From a virus (lineage: Duplodnaviria; Caudoviricetes): a stretch of 64,000 nt of DNA. The stretch spans positions 17,974 to 81,973 of the IMG/VR virus record IMGVR_UViG_2639762749_000010; one strand, given 5' to 3'. Within the stretch, counting starts at the first letter, position 1, and every line of letters starts with the position of its first letter. The position numbers and the translations under genes were made by a program. The notes beneath the pieces were generated by a model that saw nothing but the letters and a program-made list of their open reading frames with translations, did not search any database and was not told the origin of the DNA. Below, one piece after another: positions 42,801 through 50,566 of the stretch.

Positions 42801-43628
42801 GGTTGCCGTGCCGTTCTCTTCAAACGTGCCTGACGGTAGACGATGTGCCCCTAAAAACTCCGCCTTACGTGAAACCTGTTCACGTAACTTGGTGTAGGTT
42901 TTTCCACTGGTCATGCCATAGGGAACCACAATGCAGGCCAATCCGTTCGGCTTAATTTTGTCTAAAATACGGAGAACAAAATACACCCCCACGTTTTTAA
43001 CGTCTGAATACTCCGGGTCTAAATGGGCAAAACCGCCACGACTGGCACCAAAGGGCACATTACCCAGACAGCTATCAAAGTAATCATCAGGAGTATTGGA
43101 GGCGAGCTTTTCAAACGGGGAGATGGAAACCTGATCTTCAGGGTGCAGCAACTGATTAATCCGGCCTGATATTTCACTGATTTCGGTTGAAGTACAGATA
43201 ACGCCTTTGGGTTTTGTTTCCTGAAATACGCCGGTGGCCGCTGAAGGCTCCAGCATATTGCCGGTATCAGCACCATAGGCTTTCATCATTTCCCACATGC
43301 CAGCGGCGACATGCTGGGGGGTGTAGTATTCATATTCAGAACCGCCAATCCCCCCCAATCCGGTATAACCTGCCAAGATCTGGCGCTGTTCGTCCGTTAG
43401 TGTATATCCATCAAAATCAGGCGGGAGTGAATCAAGCAAAGCAATCGCTTCAGCATTGGCTTGTTTTCTCTTTCTTTCAATACTGACCCCCGCTGATTTT
43501 GTAATGCCAAAGCTGGCCGGTGATCTTGTTAATGAGGCGGAACGGATAACCCTAATCAGTTCAGCAATGCTGGTCACACCTAAAAACAACGAAGGATCAC
43601 TTTTTGTCGAGGTTAATTTATCGCCCAA
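36891..43628 (-). CDS. darB: DarB antirestriction protein (methyltransferase plus SF2 helicase)
   Basis: 2245 aa; EYYTP, LEPSAATG, NVPF; GTGLGKT, IDEGHNY, TATP, QRNGRGAR. Confidence 0.93.
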   Translation of the reverse strand: MGDKLTSTKSDPSLFLGVTSIAELIRVIRSASLTRSPASFGITKSAGVSIERKRKQANAEAIALLDSLPPDFDGYTLTDEQRQILAGYTGLGGIGGSEYEYYTPQHVAAGMWEMMKAYGADTGNMLEPSAATGVFQETKPKGVICTSTEISEISGRINQLLHPEDQVSISPFEKLASNTPDDYFDSCLGNVPFGASRGGFAHLDPEYSDVKNVGVYFVLRILDKIKPNGLACIVVPYGMTSGKTYTKLREQVSRKAEFLGAHRLPSGTFEENGTATAVDIWVLRKHPVDLAEKILMADEPALKSANVLWETYLAGKWFEREGRKFQHGESSIEGAGKFKRLVVKNDQITAGEMKRNLAHKFESRIDWAALNLIEPDVAPMAEGEKRFINGRWYQMESGRLVYDAGAKATKLDPTRYGVTTYEELSERLSTSEGLLSLTFEQISAIASNYPETLPAEYRSIITFARMQPPSVREKAYRGSVIGKRIAVMQDLMASGAAGEKLETRRAEVEQLITQEVARGANPHHGRRVNVSGSGAADWLKFKASVTQDGQLSDLIQGTLDIGVQDAHDSTDPEAVIRHLFSQIDLDPVTLAAFRAHYTGELPADDEALLAWLADKEGVAISADGNVLPMDRATSGDIGLMNSQILAVLPYTREGAVKENYLRQLVEIKNKRKWTEVDNITFSLNSRWMDRRLMLEFLNEQGYDALKYIEKVEVEEGQLVSDLSYRGKHGVFVGYRHKTVMTKDKDTGQTIPQYKRVRGKDGFADQLENYLNGIKPRGQNEAVYLERIKRLEEDFNVWLRQHDEIDGLVQQYNDAFNAYIPYEHSAASLNLSGISGKRTPFGYQNTEVRRLSEDGRGILGFGTGLGKTTTGMALEAYNFENGRSKRTPIVVPKAVLENWYHEAQSFYSKEALKSFLFVGLDEVLDDEGHHRQVPVLDENGQPKLDKNTGEPLYRNAIKIASSATIKERMNLIPQSNYRAVVMTKEQYAAIPLREETITDNAYDFLFAQAEAGRVNLDGQKHKDAQKKNRILADGSNTGSQKQQDFPYFEDMGFDNAIIDEGHNYRNSYAAGREASMLAYLPTSAMAKSARDMAVKNAYLMKNNNGRGAVMLTATPLVNSPIDAFNMLSHVIPMAEWQRMGIYTPDDFVKVFGMTESVQVQKISGEIETKLGLVGFQNLDGLRGLFHRWATLKEAKDVSNEVAIPDVVPQTESVPMTAYQQAVYEELRLRADALSKSKEEKERDARYDGYEEKPEDSIFAIIRDMDRVCTDPDLYNRTITFRFDKSHLNAVNALRDDLPLSVTDTDDDDDETVTASAEALVREEGKFVALVVSELYEKEVIQRLGMFGLSEDDITHPIPPKYSKLIANLKKSMVGGGKQIIFSDEKTQHEKLRRIIAQALGMKREDIGILNATTVAQAAKSNTKKLKKVKRPAEPKEDATPDQLNKYYEQKAAFDEYVAAQNDVSLGGLEKIAADYNEGRTPIIICNKKAEVGINLHIGTTAMHHLTLPWTPASLNQRNGRGARVGSSSASVKAYYYCGQGSFDEFRLDTLKRKANWIKDILTSDEAIMANADANNAEEMRLLLAADPEERERVRREQIEKAETLAKAKAKQRAEIDLTNYLKAKHASKGDSQSVEDTIKDYQAKIDDNKARLEDGHAKSPDAQKMLREQIAKYTDAITKQERLLVRMRQSENLIKRLRPEIKHAIDAGYLDVEPDILEHAAEYYVDKDKRLLRTGRVYYCRMPYREGSYYFDQFLVRVKAINIDTGIATVDQLWCDDKNGQLRNAAATLVTSLEAEADFSDSELVLKTWMFGGVSISDVASRLNRQQFYAYLKSGDLVLKDYDVFYRTEGSFDTHKLNGMLSNWLRENADNIVYPDANDEVLKSKVAEHYRGSSYRASSIGFLIALFGTDYRTAIDSYGETASPSLITELVAEYISDKLSNYGSESENMSGSGSAQLRHFLETGQYDASHFIKNAFGYRTFSVPSQYRNTVDFDREFAEQCQVIVARLNDAVAKQGKAAAHKEYRVFKSSLNSSLASVVERVQAFPTSNFRSFQDNYFENTAGYDKNFATLFADAVALGIIEEHDITESHFLNVQRHDGLFSEINQGYKKLRYGVGRWDEIKLKAGLISQEEVDKANAEKAQIEQETQKMRIAQLENNIIVKTNITAIRGGKGANRYDYAPDGCYCFNDIRGKDGALFEAKDELKVDFSATYYNGRNPSDELAGSWWLISKEHPLDKILAVIQRHE

Positions 43629-43707
43629 TGTTCACGTCTCTAAATAAAGGTTTACTAGAATCGCCAATTCTAATAAACCTTTAATTTATGACTGGCGGGG
43701 AATAACC

Positions 43708-45378
43708 GTGAAATCCAAAACGTCGTGGTCGCCAATAGACATTCTGCGCAAGTTACTGCCCGCTCATGCTGAACGTGATGACTTGCACGGCGTGCCTATA
43801 GCAGGCAGTAACGGGGCGATCGTTTCCCGTTCGGGGATCGCGCTATATAAAAATGATGATTCAGATGTGTTTACCTCCACCGGCGATGAAATTCATGCCA
43901 GTACTCAGCTTCCTGAAGAACGGTTATCGAAATACGCCATTTTAAGCATGATGGCGAAATCCCCCACCGTTGCCGCCGCACTGAATATCCACATTTCCAA
44001 TGCGTTAAGCATGGACAAAAAATCCCGTTCCATCATCACCATTGAGCCCAAAGACACTGCGGATAATGAACTCAGTCAACGCTGTAAAGAACTGCAAGGC
44101 GATCTGGGTAAATTAATCAACGCAAACCTGCCCAATTGGGCCCGCATCATGACGGTGTTCGGTACATCATACATCCGGCCATATGCGGAAAAAGGGAAAG
44201 GCATCATAGCACTGGAAAGTGACTATCATACCCTGCCCCATTTTGTTCAGGAGTTTGTGCGCGGTGGTCAACTGGCGGGATTCACCGGCGATTTTTTACT
44301 GCACCCTGAAACCTATCAGCGTGTCATGGCGCAACCGTGGGATCTCATCACCATGAGACTACCAATATGGGTGCCCAGTTATGACAATCGGCCAATGATG
44401 TATGGCAGTAACGGGTTTAGCCTGCTCTCTTCCATCGACGCATCACCATTACGAGAAACCCAAAATTACGGTGCCAGCTTTCTTGAACATTCTTATGAGG
44501 CATTCGTCAACCTGTGTGATGCACTGAAGGCGCTCAAAGCCACCCGAAATAACGCGGCCAAAATTGACCGCCTCGTTGCCCTGACAACAAACACACTCGA
44601 TCCCGTGCAAGCCGCCAGCTACACACGCTCGGTGACACAGGGATTAAAGCGGAATGCGGTCGAAATCCAGCGCCGCATGATGAACGGAAACGCCCTTCCC
44701 ACCGTGATGAACCATGTGATCCCGGTCATGAGTGACGGGAAAGGCGGCATTGTGATTGATACCCAAACTATCCCTGCCGACATTACAGGGATCGAAGATG
44801 TGATGTTTCATTTACGCCAGCTGGCCGCGTCACTGGGTATCGATGCCACGATGCTGGGATGGGCAGATCAAATGAGCGGGGGCCTTGGTGAAGGCGGATG
44901 GCAACAGACATCAAGCAGTGCGGCTGAACGCAGTGATTGGATACGCCACGGTTGCGCGGAAGCGATTTATCGCATCATCGATATTCACTGTGCCTTCAAA
45001 TACGGCAAGGTTTTTCCGCCCAATGACCGCCCCTACCAGATCACCTTTAATTCCCTGAATACGGCCATTCAGGAGCAACGAAACCGCGAACTCGATAGCC
45101 GGGCTAACTATTCTGCGCAGGTTGTGACCGTGGTCGATGCCCTGCTCAATAACCCGAAAATGAGTGGTTCAGACACATTCATGCAGTACACCTTGGCCGA
45201 CACAATGGAAATCGATCCCGATACCGCTCAGGCCATGATTAAAGAATTCAAGGCCACTCAGGACGATAAAGAGAACAACGACATGATGGAATCAGTCCCA
45301 TTCACCGGAGCTGAATTCGATATCGAATCCATGAGCCATGAAGAACTTAAAACTCTCTTCAAATTTATTACTAAATAA
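43708..45378 (+). CDS. prt: Portal protein
   Basis: Divergent from darB as in P1; size; SGGLGEGG motif. Confidence 0.8.
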   Translation: MKSKTSWSPIDILRKLLPAHAERDDLHGVPIAGSNGAIVSRSGIALYKNDDSDVFTSTGDEIHASTQLPEERLSKYAILSMMAKSPTVAAALNIHISNALSMDKKSRSIITIEPKDTADNELSQRCKELQGDLGKLINANLPNWARIMTVFGTSYIRPYAEKGKGIIALESDYHTLPHFVQEFVRGGQLAGFTGDFLLHPETYQRVMAQPWDLITMRLPIWVPSYDNRPMMYGSNGFSLLSSIDASPLRETQNYGASFLEHSYEAFVNLCDALKALKATRNNAAKIDRLVALTTNTLDPVQAASYTRSVTQGLKRNAVEIQRRMMNGNALPTVMNHVIPVMSDGKGGIVIDTQTIPADITGIEDVMFHLRQLAASLGIDATMLGWADQMSGGLGEGGWQQTSSSAAERSDWIRHGCAEAIYRIIDIHCAFKYGKVFPPNDRPYQITFNSLNTAIQEQRNRELDSRANYSAQVVTVVDALLNNPKMSGSDTFMQYTLADTMEIDPDTAQAMIKEFKATQDDKENNDMMESVPFTGAEFDIESMSHEELKTLFKFITK

Positions 45379-45384
45379 CCTCTG

Positions 45385-46443
45385 TTGTGCCGACTTTTGA
45401 GGAAAAAAGATATGAATAATTTAATGACCGTCACTGACCGCTTTTCGGTAATTGACAACATTCGCAAACACACCCCACAGAATGCCAGAAACTATGTACT
45501 CAGTTCGGTTAAAGCATCACTGGAAAGCAACGAAGTTAAAGAACGCATGGCATTAGGCGAACTCTACGGTTTCTATGGACATAACCGGCGCGAAGAATAT
45601 TACAAACGCACAGGAGAGTTACGACTACCTGAAACCAGTTTTATCATGATCGATGGAAAACCGGTCGCATTGGACAATGTACCGTCCAACAGAACGGTCG
45701 CGATTAACATCGACGATTCAGGTATTATTAGCCACTCTCAGGAAATATTAGACACGGATACTGGCCGAATTGTTAAAGGCATGGAACGCTCACGAGCTGG
45801 GGGTTGGAGTTGGGTCACTGGCGGGTCAGACAGCCCTTGGAAATCTGTAGTACGCCGTTTTTACGGTTTCGATTATGTCACTACCCCCAATTACATCAGC
45901 CTCGATCGTGAAATCATGATGGCGGAATCGGCATCAGACCGGCAAAGCCACATTGTCCTGGCATTCGTTAACTCAGGTTTTAGCGAAAGCGCCGCCATTG
46001 ACCTCTCCGACCATTTTGAAAAAATGCGTGAACGCGACATGATGATCGAATCAGTAAACCGCGCCCAGACCGCTGAAGGGGAGTTGTTGGTTTTATCCGG
46101 TCGTTTATTGGAGCTTAACCAAAAAATTGAGGCACAGGATGCTATGCTGGAAGCTGTACAGCGAAACAATGACCTTCGCAAACGTTATCTCCAATCCGCA
46201 ATAGACAAACTGCCGGTATTCCTTTCTGAAGAACAAAAAAACGCCATGTTACACATGGAAACGGAAGATGATTTACAGATCGTTGCCGCCATTTTCGAAT
46301 CCGTCGGCAACGTTGATTTTGGCCGGCTTCCATTAGGCCAGATAACGGGCTATCAACCCGCTCCGCATAAACGGACTTCAAAATCACTCAGCCAAGCCCC
46401 TATTTTTTCGTTAAAGACGCCAAGGCCACCGAAATTTAGCTAA
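45385..46443 (+). CDS. pro: Head processing protease (start probably ATG 45412)
   Basis: GFYGH..R, GGWSW, GFDYV..PNY; follows portal. Confidence 0.8.
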   Translation: MCRLLRKKDMNNLMTVTDRFSVIDNIRKHTPQNARNYVLSSVKASLESNEVKERMALGELYGFYGHNRREEYYKRTGELRLPETSFIMIDGKPVALDNVPSNRTVAINIDDSGIISHSQEILDTDTGRIVKGMERSRAGGWSWVTGGSDSPWKSVVRRFYGFDYVTTPNYISLDREIMMAESASDRQSHIVLAFVNSGFSESAAIDLSDHFEKMRERDMMIESVNRAQTAEGELLVLSGRLLELNQKIEAQDAMLEAVQRNNDLRKRYLQSAIDKLPVFLSEEQKNAMLHMETEDDLQIVAAIFESVGNVDFGRLPLGQITGYQPAPHKRTSKSLSQAPIFSLKTPRPPKFS

Positions 46444-46700
46444 GGACACTGTATAGGGATTTCTGCCTCGCCTAATATTAGACGAGGCTCGTGTTAAGAC
46501 TGAGGTAGTTATACTCGTATTTTGTCGGGCGTTTGATACGTATTTTTGATACTCATTTCACTTAAAACTATGGGCTATTTACATACTCATGTAAGCCTAT
46601 CTCACGCATGACCATTGGTATACACTAAGTTAAACTCCCGTGATTGCTTTGCCATCTATCTGATACATTTGGCGATGTAAAATATGTAAGAGATGAATAA

Positions 46701-47588
46701 ATGTTACAGTTTGATTTCGGTTCTTCGGATGCTTTTGAGCGAGTTATATCTCAGTTTGAAGAAATGGCTGCGTATGAGGCGTTGTGGTCTGAGAAAGGTG
46801 CGACATTTAAAACCATTGCAGATAAATTTAGGCAAGCTCCTAATACGTTGCCCTCAACGCTGGTTACAAAAAGTGTTCGAGAAGATTTTAAAAGGATGTT
46901 GAGAGAGATTTTTGAACTCTATTCGGTTGATAATTTAGGAATTAGAGTTCATGGAACTAATGAGTATCCTAAAAAATTAAGAGACGCTCAAAATCCAATA
47001 GAAGTTTTTTACTATCAGGGAGGGTGGGATCTAATAAATACTCGCTGCATTTCTGTTATTGGTTCTCGTGAAGTATCTGAGGAAGGGAAACGGAGAACAA
47101 GAAAACTGACTAATTACTTGGTAAATGATGGTTTTACAATTATCTCTGGATTGGCTAAAGGGGTTGATACTGAAGCACATAAAACAGCGCTTGCATTAGG
47201 CGGAAATACAATTGCGGTTATTGGCACCCCTCTTTCTCATTTTTATCCAAAGCAAAATATTGAACTGCAAAAATTTATTAGAAAAAACCATCTCTTAATT
47301 AGTCAAGTTCCGTTTAAATACTATCTGGATAACGATTACAGGACAAACAAATTGTTCTTTCCTGAACGTAATATAACCATGTCCGCATTATCAGAGGCTA
47401 CGGTTATTGTAGAGGCTTCTGATACATCGGGAACGCTGACGCAAGCAAGAGCTGCGCTTAATCAAGGCCGCAAGTTGTTTATACTGGAAAGCTGTTTCAA
47501 AAACAGCTCAATTTATTGGCCTGCAAAGTATGAAGCCAGGGGAGCTATCAGAGTCAGAGATTATCAGGATATCAAGAATTACGTGTGA
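46701..47588 (+). CDS. DprA/Smf (SLOG) family protein
   Basis: VIGSR, ISGLAKGVDTEAH, FPERN..MS, VEASDTSGTL..AR.AL.QGR. Confidence 0.92.
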   Translation: MLQFDFGSSDAFERVISQFEEMAAYEALWSEKGATFKTIADKFRQAPNTLPSTLVTKSVREDFKRMLREIFELYSVDNLGIRVHGTNEYPKKLRDAQNPIEVFYYQGGWDLINTRCISVIGSREVSEEGKRRTRKLTNYLVNDGFTIISGLAKGVDTEAHKTALALGGNTIAVIGTPLSHFYPKQNIELQKFIRKNHLLISQVPFKYYLDNDYRTNKLFFPERNITMSALSEATVIVEASDTSGTLTQARAALNQGRKLFILESCFKNSSIYWPAKYEARGAIRVRDYQDIKNYV

Positions 47589-47730
47589 AAGAAGCGGGAC
47601 TAAAAAATGGCATTAATAATACGCACAGATAACACCATAGCGCCCGTTGACAAAAAGCATTTCGTCGATAAAGGGTACTTCAAACTACTCGCATGACCCA
47701 AAGGATTAATCATTCATTTTTCAATCTATA

Positions 47731-47759
47731 TTGACCTAATTTCTAGGTCATTATATAGT
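47731..47759 (+). promoter_or_regulatory. Sigma70 promoter with overlapping palindromic operator (acr operon)
   Basis: TTGACC-17-TATAGT; inverted repeat TGACCTA-N5-TAGGTCA at 47732-47750. Confidence 0.8.
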
Positions 47760-47817
47760 TAGTACATAGCAAGGGAAACATCCCGGCTTCAATCCGACAA
47801 ACCAAGAGGATTCTACT

Positions 47818-48198
47818 ATGAACAAGTCTCAAATTTTCTCATCCGCTCACAAAATAGCCAAAAACACAGTTGCAACTGTTGGCAACTACATGATTGCTTT
47901 CTCTCTGGCTCTGCGTGATATCTATAGCTCAATGAACAACACTGAAAAAAAATTGCTCTCCATGGGATTCAAGGCATGGGAACGTAACGGTCATCGCCGT
48001 ATCTATATCAACATTGAGCGATTCGAAGAAGTTTTCGGATTGAAAGTCAGTTTCTATAAAACAGGTAATATCAGTTCAGCCAAATTAAATGGTGAGAAAA
48101 TATCTAACTCCAAAGCCTGTGAGTTAATCCCACTGAAAGCGTTTTATGATTGCGTCAATAACGAATGGAACTGCGGCAAACTGAAACCAATTTTCTAA
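47818..48198 (+). CDS. Candidate anti-CRISPR/anti-defence protein
   Basis: First gene of acr-like operon; MNKSQIF..AH N-terminus resembles recalled AcrIF20 start; function by association only. Confidence 0.5.
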   Translation: MNKSQIFSSAHKIAKNTVATVGNYMIAFSLALRDIYSSMNNTEKKLLSMGFKAWERNGHRRIYINIERFEEVFGLKVSFYKTGNISSAKLNGEKISNSKACELIPLKAFYDCVNNEWNCGKLKPIF

Positions 48199-48260
48199 TG
48201 CAACCGAGGTAAGGGGGTTACACCCGACCTACATCCAACAAACAACTAGAGGATTTTGAA

Positions 48261-48461
48261 ATGACTACTATAACTATTAATACCTATGATGTTGCCGGGC
48301 GTTTCGATATGACAAAAGAAGAGGCCAGAAAATGTTTTCAACACGTTGAGACGTTAGCTATTGATGCTAACTATAACGTAGATTACACAGAATCCCTATA
48401 TACAGATGAAGAAAGCGAGAGATTTGTAGAAAAAGCATTCCAAAGTTATTATCCAGAATAA
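48261..48461 (+). CDS. acrIE8: Type I-E anti-CRISPR AcrIE8-like
   Basis: [10 protein letters not shown]...RF.M..EEA...F..VE..A...[14 protein letters not shown] closely matches AcrIE8 as recalled; small and acidic. Confidence 0.8.
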   Translation: MTTITINTYDVAGRFDMTKEEARKCFQHVETLAIDANYNVDYTESLYTDEESERFVEKAFQSYYPE

Positions 48462-48518
48462 ATAAACCAATCCAAATGAAGCCCTGCGTCAGTGGGGCTA
48501 TTTTCATAAGGCGAATCT

Positions 48519-48908
48519 ATGGACAATCGAGAGAAATTAATAAAAGCTGGCGAAATGATTTTTGGCAGCCAATGGCAATCCCCCATGGCTCGCCTATTAG
48601 GGGTGGACTCTCGTGCCGTGCGTCGTTATGTCGCTGGCAATTCCCGCGCCCCCATGACCTACCGATTAGTCGATTCGTTAAAACAAAAAAAACAAGAAAT
48701 TGACGAGGCCATTACGTTAGTCGAATCAGATTTAATATCAGGAGATTGCGTCACGCCAGAATTGATTGAATCGATTGTATCGCGATACACCTATGAGAAC
48801 GATGATCATCGTCAACTGGCAGTGGATGCCATCAAGAAATCAATTTACGAAATGGTTTACCTATCAGACTTAAATCAGATAGCCAAAAAATACTCATCTC
48901 AACAATAA
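48519..48908 (+). CDS. HTH protein, putative Aca-type regulator
   Basis: QWQSPMARLLGVDSRAVRRYVAG HTH; last gene of acr operon. Confidence 0.65.
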   Translation: MDNREKLIKAGEMIFGSQWQSPMARLLGVDSRAVRRYVAGNSRAPMTYRLVDSLKQKKQEIDEAITLVESDLISGDCVTPELIESIVSRYTYENDDHRQLAVDAIKKSIYEMVYLSDLNQIAKKYSSQQ

Positions 48909-48916
48909 GAATACAG

Positions 48917-49298
48917 GAAAAGTCCCCGTCAATACGGGGAACATAAATTAATAATCAATAGAAATGAAAATAAAAGCGGTTCAACCCCGTAAAACGGGGA
49001 AAATAAGTTGATATCCACCAAAAAGACGAATAACAACGGTTCAACCCCGTTTCACGGGGAACATAAGTTGATATCCACCAAAAAGACGAATAAAGATGGT
49101 TCAACCCCGTAAAACGGGGAACGAAATAACAATAAAAGTGAAAATAATAACGGTTTATCCCCGTTTCACGAGGAACGCCATAATCATAAAAATGAAAGTG
49201 GAAATTATAACGGTTTATCCCCGTTTCACGAGGAACGCCATAATCATAAAAATGAAAGTGGAAATTATAACGGTTTATCCCCGTTTCACGAGGAACAC
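48917..49298 (-). CRISPR. Cas-less type I-E-like repeat array, block B (7 repeats; eroded eighth near 49325)
   Basis: 28-nt repeats at 48917, 48977, 49037, 49097, 49151, 49211, 49271; minus strand e.g. GTGTTCCTCGTGAAACGGGGATAAACCG; spacers 32,32,32,26,32,32. Confidence 0.85.
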
Positions 49299-49374
49299 CA
49301 AATTAATCAATTTGAAAATAACAACGACTTATTCCCAATTCCCATTTACATGATGAACAATTATATTATAGCTA

Positions 49375-49626
49375 TTATTCTGATTTCATCCAACCAATTA
49401 ACCCGTCACAAAATTCATCGAACTGTTGATCTGACATTGGCCTGAATCGGGGAACGGTTTCTGCGGTACTATTCCCTGATGCCTGTTTTCTGGCATCAAC
49501 TGCCCGACCCCATCCGTCAATTTGAGATTTAGAATATTTCCCTTGTAAAATATCAAAAATCTCATTGCGATTAAGCCTCAATGCAAGACAGATTCGTCTG
49601 AGATTTTGATTATTTCTTACAGACAT
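49375..49626 (-). CDS. DUF1456/YehS-like protein inside the array
   Basis: NNQNLRRICLAL...SKSQIDGW...MSDQQFDEFCDGLI; AAGGT RBS. Confidence 0.65.
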   Translation of the reverse strand: MSVRNNQNLRRICLALRLNRNEIFDILQGKYSKSQIDGWGRAVDARKQASGNSTAETVPRFRPMSDQQFDEFCDGLIGWMKSE

Positions 49627-49684
49627 AGTGAATTACCTTTTCAACATAATCGAAAGAGCCTTTCTAGCTTAATTTTAGGCCTTT

Positions 49685-49827
49685 AAAGCAATCCCCGTAA
49701 GACGGGGAACATGAGTTGATAATCACTAAAAGTGAAAGCACTACCGGTTTATTCCCGTCGGAACGAGGAACGTTAAAAACGTAATAATCAAAATAATAAC
49801 GGTTAATCCCAGCATGACTGGGAACGC
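49685..49827 (-). CRISPR. Cas-less type I-E-like repeat array, block A (3 repeats)
   Basis: Repeats at 49685-49712, 49745-49773, 49800-49827; spacers 32 and 26 nt. Confidence 0.75.
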
Positions 49828-49832
49828 ATTTA

Positions 49833-49860
49833 ATAATACACAGAAAATTAGTTAACTCAA
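49833..49860 (-). promoter_or_regulatory. Putative promoter for the array and DUF1456 gene
   Basis: Minus strand TTGAGT-16-TATTAT, placing +1 near the first repeat. Confidence 0.45.
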
Positions 49861-50090
49861 ATGCAAGTTAATTTTTTTTGACTCAAATCACTAAACCCCA
49901 GAGCCATTTGCTCTGGGATGGCAGTATGTTACCTCATCCAGTTTTAACTCTTCTTTGCCATCCATATCACCCCACAAAAACCATCAACACAGCGTGATTA
50001 TAAATATTAAAAGTTAAAAATTCCGAATAAAGTCAGTATCTTTAGATAAAAATGCCAAGAAAGTAAAATGGCACTTTATTTCAAGGCTGA

Positions 50091-50294
50091 TTAAGCATCA
50101 TGCTGAATAGGTACGCAGCCACCATAAACAAGAACATAACGCGGAGCAAGAATGCGGCGGGCTTCATACAATGATTCGGCTTTGATGGTTATGCGCTCTG
50201 GGATGGATTTTTGGTCAGCACGCACCTGCGCATAAAACAGGAATTTATAGGATTTTGGGCGCAGGTGTGCGCAATGATAATTATGATTAATCAT
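50091..50294 (-). CDS. icd: Icd-like host cell division inhibitor
   Basis: YKFLF...RAD...ITIKAESLYEARRILAPRYVLVY; downstream of c4. Confidence 0.75.
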   Translation of the reverse strand: MINHNYHCAHLRPKSYKFLFYAQVRADQKSIPERITIKAESLYEARRILAPRYVLVYGGCVPIQHDA

Positions 50295-50487
50295 GATGGT
50301 AATCGCTCTGTAATGGTAAAAAAATCACCACCAGAGAGGTTCCAATCTCTGATTGGTGGTGAGCTGAACGGAGTTGGAACTACCGGCCATTACAGCTACG
50401 GCGATTACCGAGGCAAACACTAATCCGGCCAACCTTGCGGTTGCTCCGCCCCGCCCACCATAAATTGGATGTGCATAGGCATGACAC

Positions 50488-50566
50488 AAAAAAAAGACGC
50501 AAGCGCGTCTGTGTCGCTGTAATGGTTATCGGGGTTCCAATCCCGACAGTAGGATTTACTACTGCC
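50488..50566 (-). ncRNA. c4: c4 antisense RNA
   Basis: GGCAGTAGTAAATCCTACTGTCGGGATTGGAACCCCGATAACCATTACAGC...; complementary targets at about 50373-50396; TTGACA at 50596-50601. Confidence 0.75.

Noticed and set aside
36933-43647. Many plus-strand ORFs inside darB
   Set aside because: Antisense shadows with no recognisable motifs
49096-49353. 85-aa plus-strand ORF with repeated ITVYPRFTRN
   Set aside because: Artefact of the 60- and 54-bp repeat period (multiples of 3); no RBS
48917-49827. Canonical adaptive CRISPR-Cas locus
   Set aside because: No cas genes in the window, heterogeneous repeats, duplicated low-complexity spacers; kept only as CRISPR-like
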